DNA of 63,998 nt, counting the filler, from Reclinomonas americana ATCC 50394 (Eukaryota): the NCBI GenBank assembly GCA_048213135.1. It is 9 parts of 4 records of this genome, joined end to end, with 100 filler letters (N's around TTAATTAATTAA, not from the genome) between each part and the next. Parts side by side here need not be neighbours in the genome. Positions count along the whole stretch, not along the records: positions 49,180 to 59,473 come from PS015424.1; positions 59,574 to 62,833 come from PS015425.1; positions 62,934 to 63,998 come from PS015466.1; 6 more parts are not named here. One strand, given 5' to 3'. Under the pieces are notes generated by a model. That model saw nothing but the letters and a program-made list of their open reading frames with translations. It had not been told where the DNA came from and did no database searches. The translations under genes and the position numbers were made by a program. Numbering within the stretch: the stretch's first letter is position 1; every line of letters begins with the position of its first letter. Below are positions 57,501 to 63,998 of this stretch, piece by piece.

Positions 57501-59092
57501 GCGAGTGCGAGTCTCACGCAACTCCATCGACAACCGGTCGCGAGTTCCTCGATCGGTCTCCATGGAATTCAATCTTTCCAGAGCAGGTTTCACGTCGCGC
57601 TCAATCTCAGCTTGCCACAGATGGATGCGATCGCGGAACCTACGCACGCACTCGGTAAGGACATGCGGTGCGCGCGCGAGAGAAAGTGACGCAACGCCTG
57701 CAGCTCGCGGAAATCGGTTTCGGTGCGCTTACTGCGATGCTCCATGTCGGTCATCTTGCCGGTGAGGTCGAGAATTCTCTTGCGTTCCTCCATGATCTTT
57801 TCCGTCTGGGGCGAAACAAGTGAGCCACACGACAAAGAAAGAGAGACTCGTGTGCTCTTCTTCTCCTCCCCATCGCACCAGCTGTTCAACGACTGCAGAG
57901 CAGTCGCTCATCCGCCCCTTCACGTCCGACACCGACGTGTTTGTCTGCGTGCGGAACTCGGCAACGCGATCCACAATGCCGGCAATGGCGTCCACTTGTT
58001 CTTGACGGAACTATGGGGCAGAATGACAACTGAGTCTACTCCTGTTCTACTCTCTTCACGTCGCGCGATCTCCAAACCTTCATCAGCATGTCGGTGTTGC
58101 GATGAATCGACTGCTTGAGCAGGTCGAGCTCGGCACTCGATCGATCGCTTGAGTCACGATCGTGCTTCTCCACGGCAGCGCGGAACGAGCGATCCAACAT
58201 TGTTCGTGCCTCCTCCGCTTCGCTCGTGGCGCGCTCCAGTGCACCGACAGATGATCGGATCTCGTGCAGCGCGTCACGCAGATCCTTGACAGACTTGTCG
58301 GAGGACTGAAACTTCTCCAGAATGTCTTCGTGAGCAGCTCCGCGACGGCGCTCCGATTCTGCGCGCGGGAGAGAGAGAGAGAGTGACGGGGAGAGTGTGG
58401 AAAAGGCGAAAGAGTGTGGCCAACCGCACCTTCCACTTTCTTGCCGAGATACGTCTCGGCGTCCTTGATCTCCCGCCGAAGCTTGGTCTCCACGCGCGTC
58501 ACCTCTTCGTGCACATCCTCGCGCAGCTTCGACCCGCTGGCCTCCAACGCCGTCATTCGCGACTGCACGTCCATGCGCAGCTCATCGACAGCGAAGCGAG
58601 TCTCGGCCTCGCGCTCGCGGAATCCCAGATACGGTGAGGGTGAGCGGGGGCGAGCATTGCCACCAAAGGCACTGCGAGGGAAGTGGGGATGGGTGATTTG
58701 AAGTGAAGAGGAGGGGATGCTAAGGGGAAAGTAGCGAGTCCGCGCGCAACAGCATGGGGGAGGGCGGTCGATCCGGGGCGTAGCTGTCTGGCATGGTGGG
58801 CGCTGGCTCCGGCTGCACATCCATGCTGCTGTAGACGCTGTTGTAACGCGAGCTGCTGGCGGTGGGGCGGGAGAAGGCCGCGGTGCTTGGGTCGCTGGGA
58901 TGAGACGGGAAGGGAGGGTGAGCGAGAACAAAGAAAGTGATGGGCAACATGGGGGCGTAGGGCAGGTGAGACAGAGAGGGGAAAAGAGAAAACAGCCGAC
59001 AAACCAAGTGCAATTCAACGATGCAAAGCAGGCGATAATGAAGGGGGAGTAAGAGAGGGAGGGAGAGGGAGAAAGAGTAACGCAGTCGACAT
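49180..59092 (-). CDS. Large coiled-coil protein with a Ser/Pro/acidic disordered C-terminal half; many exons, 3' partial
   Basis: Start MSTA|DPSTAAFS at 59092; heptad exons (e.g. VDEHVRGVQRRFDDEAHQRS...ETALELTKLSTEVDERL) then low-complexity exons with DDDEFDVF repeats. Confidence 0.65.
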
Positions 59093-59573
59093 AGCGATCG
59101 TCTGTCTCTCTGTCCCTGTCTCTCGTTCCCTTGCGGTGAGTGGGTCGATCAAGAAGATTGAGAAGGGGGCGAAGAAGAAGAGGGCGTGGGGGGTATGTGA
59201 GGATTGCTTGCTGATTGCCTCCGTAATCGCTTTGTGATGTGATCGGTGTGATTGCGTATAACTTTCTCTCCCTCGCTCCCTCCCTCCCTTCCTGACTCTC
59301 GTTCTCTGTATCTCGCCGGCTTCTGTGCGATGAGTGAGTTGATGGAGTGGATCAAGAAGGGGAGGGAGGAGAAGTGGGGGATTGTGGCAGTTGTCTCTGG
59401 GGAGAGTGTGAGGCTCGTTTGTTGGTGATCGCTATGTGATGTGATTGGTGTGCAGCGACTAAACAAGCGGTATNNNNNNNNNNNNNNNNNNNNNNNNNNN
59501 NNNNNNNNNNNNNNNNNTTAATTAATTAANNNNNNNNNNNNNNNNNNNNNNNNNNNNNNNNNNNNNNNNNNNN

Positions 59574-60827
59574 AACCCCGTGACATTTTTCAACCAGTGA
59601 GCGGATGAGGACTGGTTAAACAGACACGGCCTCACACCGCCGTACCTGCAGGACTGCCGGGCAAAGGTTTGGCCATCGACATGCGGCGAGCGTGCGTCTT
59701 GGGGGCCGTATCTGTCGGTGTAGGTGCGTTGAGTTTTGCGAACGACGACAAGAAACAAAAAGATGATGATGATTAGAAATCACCTTCGGCGGTGAGCGTG
59801 TCGGATGACTTGCGTGGAGGTTGCGTACCGGCTGTGAAGTAAAAAAAGACATGAGACTTTCGCATACCCCACTCGCTCAGTCGTTTGAACGCAACTCCTG
59901 GAGGTCGGCGTCGACACCTGAGCAGGCAGCGCGTCGATGCTCTGCGACATGCGCCGGCGGCTTGAACGACGGGGCAATGGGGAGTCGAATTCCTCCTCCA
60001 ATCCCGCCACCGACAAGCGGTACGACCGTCGACCCGCCTTCACATCATGTTCGCTCTGCCGTTTCGTCCCCAACGCTGTCGTCATTTCCTCACGAATAGT
60101 GTCCAGCTGTGCCGCGTGCTCGGCTTTGAGCGCCTCCAGTTGTTCCTTGGCTCGCGCAGCCTCCTCCTCGTACATTCGCATCTCCTGTGCCGTGGTGAAA
60201 CGCATAGCATCAGCGCCTGCAGCGTGGGAGTGAGGCACGAGTTGCAAGTCACGCACCTTGCGCTGGACGGCTGTCTGTCGCACGAGTTCCATCTCGAACT
60301 CCTTCTTGGCTGCCAGCAGCTGGTTGCGCTCGCGATTGGAGCCGCGCTCCAGCTCCTCCTTCAGCTGCTTGATTTCAATCTCCATTTCCTGGAAGAGAAA
60401 GGGGAGCGGAGGCGTCAGTGGAAATGGAGGGTCACCAAAGAAGTGCAACAGACAATGGATTTCTCAAAGAGAAAGGGGAGAGAAAGCGTGAGTGTAAATG
60501 GAAAAGGACGCGAGTGATGCCAAAGGAATGCTGCACATGAGTGATTTCTCAAAGAAAAGGGGGAAAGAAGGCGTGAGGGAGTGGAAACGGGAAAGAATGC
60601 GAATGCTGCCAAAGGAGTGCAGCACATGAGTGATTTCTCAAAGAAAATGGGGAGTGCAGGCGTGGGTGGAAACGAAAAGGACGGGAATCTCGCCAATGGA
60701 GTGCAACAGATAATTGATTTCTCTGTGCACCGCAAACAATAATCCACACTGCTCTCTCACGCACACTCTCTCACGCTCACAGACAGACACACTCACTTGC
60801 GCAGACAAAAGTGCCCTCCCCTACCTT

Positions 60828-60867
<40 letters not shown>

Positions 60868-62131
60868 ACACAAATACGCACCATTTCCTTCTTGCGAATA
60901 TTGACACGCATTTCGATGCGGTCGTGCTGACTGGTGGTACGAAGCTCCTGCTTCTGCTTCTCAAAGTTGCTCTCCATTTCCTGCGTGTACAAGAGTGAGT
61001 GAGGCGGAGTAAGGCGCACACGCAAGTTGCTCTCCACGCAACCGTGATCAGTGTCTGCGTTTTGAGGCTCTCGCGGTTGTGACGCTCGCGTTCCTGTGCA
61101 CTGACCACTCGCAGCTTTTGCAGCTCACTGATGGCGCACAGTGATATGTGAGAAGGCACATGAGAGAATTCACAGCTCCCTTTCGCAACACGCAACATTT
61201 GGAGTCGCTCCGCTTCCTTCTTCCAGAATCGCACCTGCTCATCGCCCTCTTCCGACTCGGCTGCATCCAGCGAGTCGGTGGCTGCCAGCGGCCACATGTC
61301 GTCGCCGCCCTCACCCGTGGTGTCGGGTGTCGAGGGGAAAGCGATGCTGGCCACCATATTCATGGCCTTGACCATGACTGTCTGCGAGCGTAGTTGACGA
61401 ATTTCTTCGCGCGCTTCACGCAGTTTCACGCGCAGCCCCTCCGACCACTCTTCCACCTCGTGCAACTTGTGAATGACCACCATTTTCTCTCTGCGCGGAC
61501 GAGACAGTGAGTGAGTGGAATTAGAATACAGGGTGCGCTCAGACACACGCAACTCTTCCTTTTGTTGGAGTTCCCGGTGGTTGCGCTTTCGCAGGCGCTC
61601 GAATTCGGCTTGATACCGCACCGTCAAGTTGTTCACGAGACCGAGTTCAATCACTGCGGCTTGCGCGTGTTCCACGTCCGGGTTCACAAACGCCTGGTCC
61701 TCGGGAATCGTTGCGCCGTCTTTGTGCAACACCTGCCGACTGAAGTCGTACGTCTCGCGTGCCACATCCTCCACCAACTCTGCAAGTGTGGACATGTAGT
61801 CGATGAGAGAGATAAAAAAGGTGTGTGCGTGGCGACAATATCGATTCTACGCACGCATCCAGTCAAAGGGATCGTAGAACTCGGGTTCTGGCAAATCGCG
61901 GCCCATGGACTTGAAGGTGAGTCGCACCAGCTGCTCACGCAAATGTACGACCTCCTTGTAGAGTGACGAGCGCAGCGTCTCAATGCACTTGGCGCGCACG
62001 CGGCTGTGGTGCTCCATGCGGACAATCTTCTCTTGCAGACTCGTCACTTGGCGCGTTCGTTCGTGCAGCTGTTGTCGCAGGTGCGAGTACGTCTGAATGC
62101 TGTCGGCAATGTCACCGTTGATGTCCGCGGC
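59574..62131 (-). CDS. Uncharacterised coiled-coil protein, partial at both ends
   Basis: Exons such as TYSHLRQQLHERTRQVTSLQEKIV...SLYKEVVHLREQL and EMEIEIKQLKEELERGSNRERNQLL. Confidence 0.65.
60440..60725. repeat. Intronic tandem repeat (~80-90 bp units)
   Basis: Repeated gatttctcaaaga...ggcgtg...gtgca(g)cacatgagt. Confidence 0.7.
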
Positions 62132-62933
62132 CTGTGTGGTAATGGGGGAAGAAAAGGGAGAGGGAGAAAGTGAGGGACTGACAGAAGGCGAGACTGAGAA
62201 AGAGAGATAAATACAGGAAGAACAGAGAGGAGAACAGAAGAGTGGGAAGGGAGGAAGAACGGAACCCAGAAGTGAAAGGGCGAGAGTGCGAGGCGGAAAG
62301 TGGCACAATGCAAAGCAGGCTGAGTGCGTAACACAAGGTTGAGAAACAAGGCAGCGAAGGCAGATGCGAGGTAGTTTCAACATGGAGGAGAAGACAGAGC
62401 ACACACGCACACACACACACACGCACACACACAGAGAAGAGAGAGATAGGAGAATGGAAAACAAAGTGAAGTGGTGATAACATAGCAAGGCAGAAAAGGA
62501 ATGGGAAGCGATGAAATAACAACAGAGGAGAGATGAAAGCACCAAAAACAAAACAAGGCAGGTGGAGCAGCAAAAGATAAGTAGTCCGAGCGCAGACATG
62601 AAAGAGAGGAGGTGATACGACTTGCGCTGCGTGCACAGAGCAACGTGGAAAAAACAAAAGAAGAATGCTGAATGCAAAGGTAGCAGGTACTTCGAAAAGG
62701 AACTTGAGGCGTGAAGCTTACAAGCAAGACGAGCAACAAAGCCGCACAAGCAAATGAAGACACATGGGTGACAGTAAAAACACGCCTTGCCGACGACTCT
62801 CTTTCTCTCTCTCTCTCTCTCACCCCTCCTCCTNNNNNNNNNNNNNNNNNNNNNNNNNNNNNNNNNNNNNNNNNNNNTTAATTAATTAANNNNNNNNNNN
62901 NNNNNNNNNNNNNNNNNNNNNNNNNNNNNNNNN

Positions 62934-63910
62934 GAGCGAGTCACGGTTGTGCGCAAATGTGTAGTGCGGCACATTCCTCCGCCGTGCAGCGAAAAAGGCA
63001 AAGGTGGTGCGCGAGCCCAGCAGCACATCGGCCTCGCCCAGCATCGCCCAGTCGAGCATGACGCGAGACAGCTTCTCATCGGCTGGACTGGGCAGGTTGG
63101 AGTTGTAGAACTTGCGCGTCTCGGCCTCGGGCGACGTCAAAAAGGCGCCAGAGACCAACGGCGACAGAGCGGTGCGGGCGTGTTTGAACTCGTCGGCGTC
63201 GTCGCTGGTGTAAAAGAGGCGGCACTCGATGCCCGCACACCACTCGCGCACGCGATCGACAATACACTGTCGCTGGCTGGCGAGGAATTCGCCGTGTACG
63301 CGAGCGCTGCGCCCACCACCTGCAACGGTGTAGAGTCGATGAGTCAGTCGGCAGCAAGCCAACAGAGACAACTAAGAGCAGACACAACAATCGATGCAGA
63401 TGCGTTGCTGCACGGCAACGAGACGCCGACCACGCGCCGGCACAAACCCAATGTCTTCCTGGAGGGCACGCAGCCGCCGCTCAAAGTCGGCGGCCAGACG
63501 ACCGGTGACAAAGTGTGCGATCTCGGTGCTCAGCTGATACTTGTTCACCCGCACGCCGAGGTCGAGCAAGCGCGCCGAGTACACATCGGAGTCGAAGATA
63601 CCCTGCAGGAGGTCGGCGGCACCGAGTACGCGCAGCACCCGTCGATAGCCCAACTGCTGCTCCACGGAGCCCGCACGCACCGCAGCGACAAAGTCGTCGC
63701 TCTCCGTCATGTGCACGCGCACCGTCTCGGTACGATTCAGCGGCGGCGGCATCAGATCGTGCTGCATGAACGGATGCACCGGTGGCACAAAGTACGCCGG
63801 AAACCACTGCAGATCCAGCAGGAAGACACGATCGGTGAGCACCGCCAGCACCAGCAGTCCAGTGATCGCTCGCAGCTTGTTTCCGAGGCCACCCTCGATC
63901 GGTTCTGCAC
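62934..63910 (-). CDS. GDP-fucose-dependent fucosyltransferase-like protein (GT-B, GT37/GT11/GT23-like); partial
   Basis: GGLGNKLRAITGLLVLAVLTDRVFLLD, LVAVQQR, LFYTSDD and VMLDWAMLGEADVLLGSRTTFAFFAA correspond to the alpha-1,2/1,6/O-fucosyltransferase motifs. Confidence 0.75.
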
Positions 63911-63998
63911 ATCACACCTCGTGTCACGCGTGCACGGGCGACATTCAAAAAAAAGCAAAGACAGCAACGTGCCTGCCACCAGAAAGCGCTGCTCCTCA

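Overview
This is intron-rich, GC-rich eukaryotic DNA, most likely from a protist, from a draft assembly with N gaps and eight artificial TTAATTAATTAA linkers. It is not prokaryotic, so the ORF track mostly shows exon fragments; I rebuilt gene models by hand from GT-AG introns and conserved motifs. Recognisable genes are an ammonium transporter (Amt) whose last membrane exon runs into the start of a class III nucleotide cyclase domain, a myristoylated macrodomain protein that probably continues into a degenerate DH-PH module, a WD40 protein, RRP7, calmodulin, CAND1, EAF, TBC1D7, an ARM-like protein, ZNHIT3, the RNA polymerase I largest subunit, three coiled-coil proteins and a fucosyltransferase-like gene. 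Four things stand out. (1) About 20-25 introns use an atypical 5' splice site, H|GTTGCG or GTTNCG, with the normally conserved +5 G moved to +6. (2) There is a candidate Amt-cyclase ammonium receptor. (3) There is a candidate myristoyl-Macro...DH-PH fusion. (4) Gene packing is extreme, with a 5-bp intergenic spacer and overlapping head-to-head start codons. All family calls come from remembered motifs; no searches were run.
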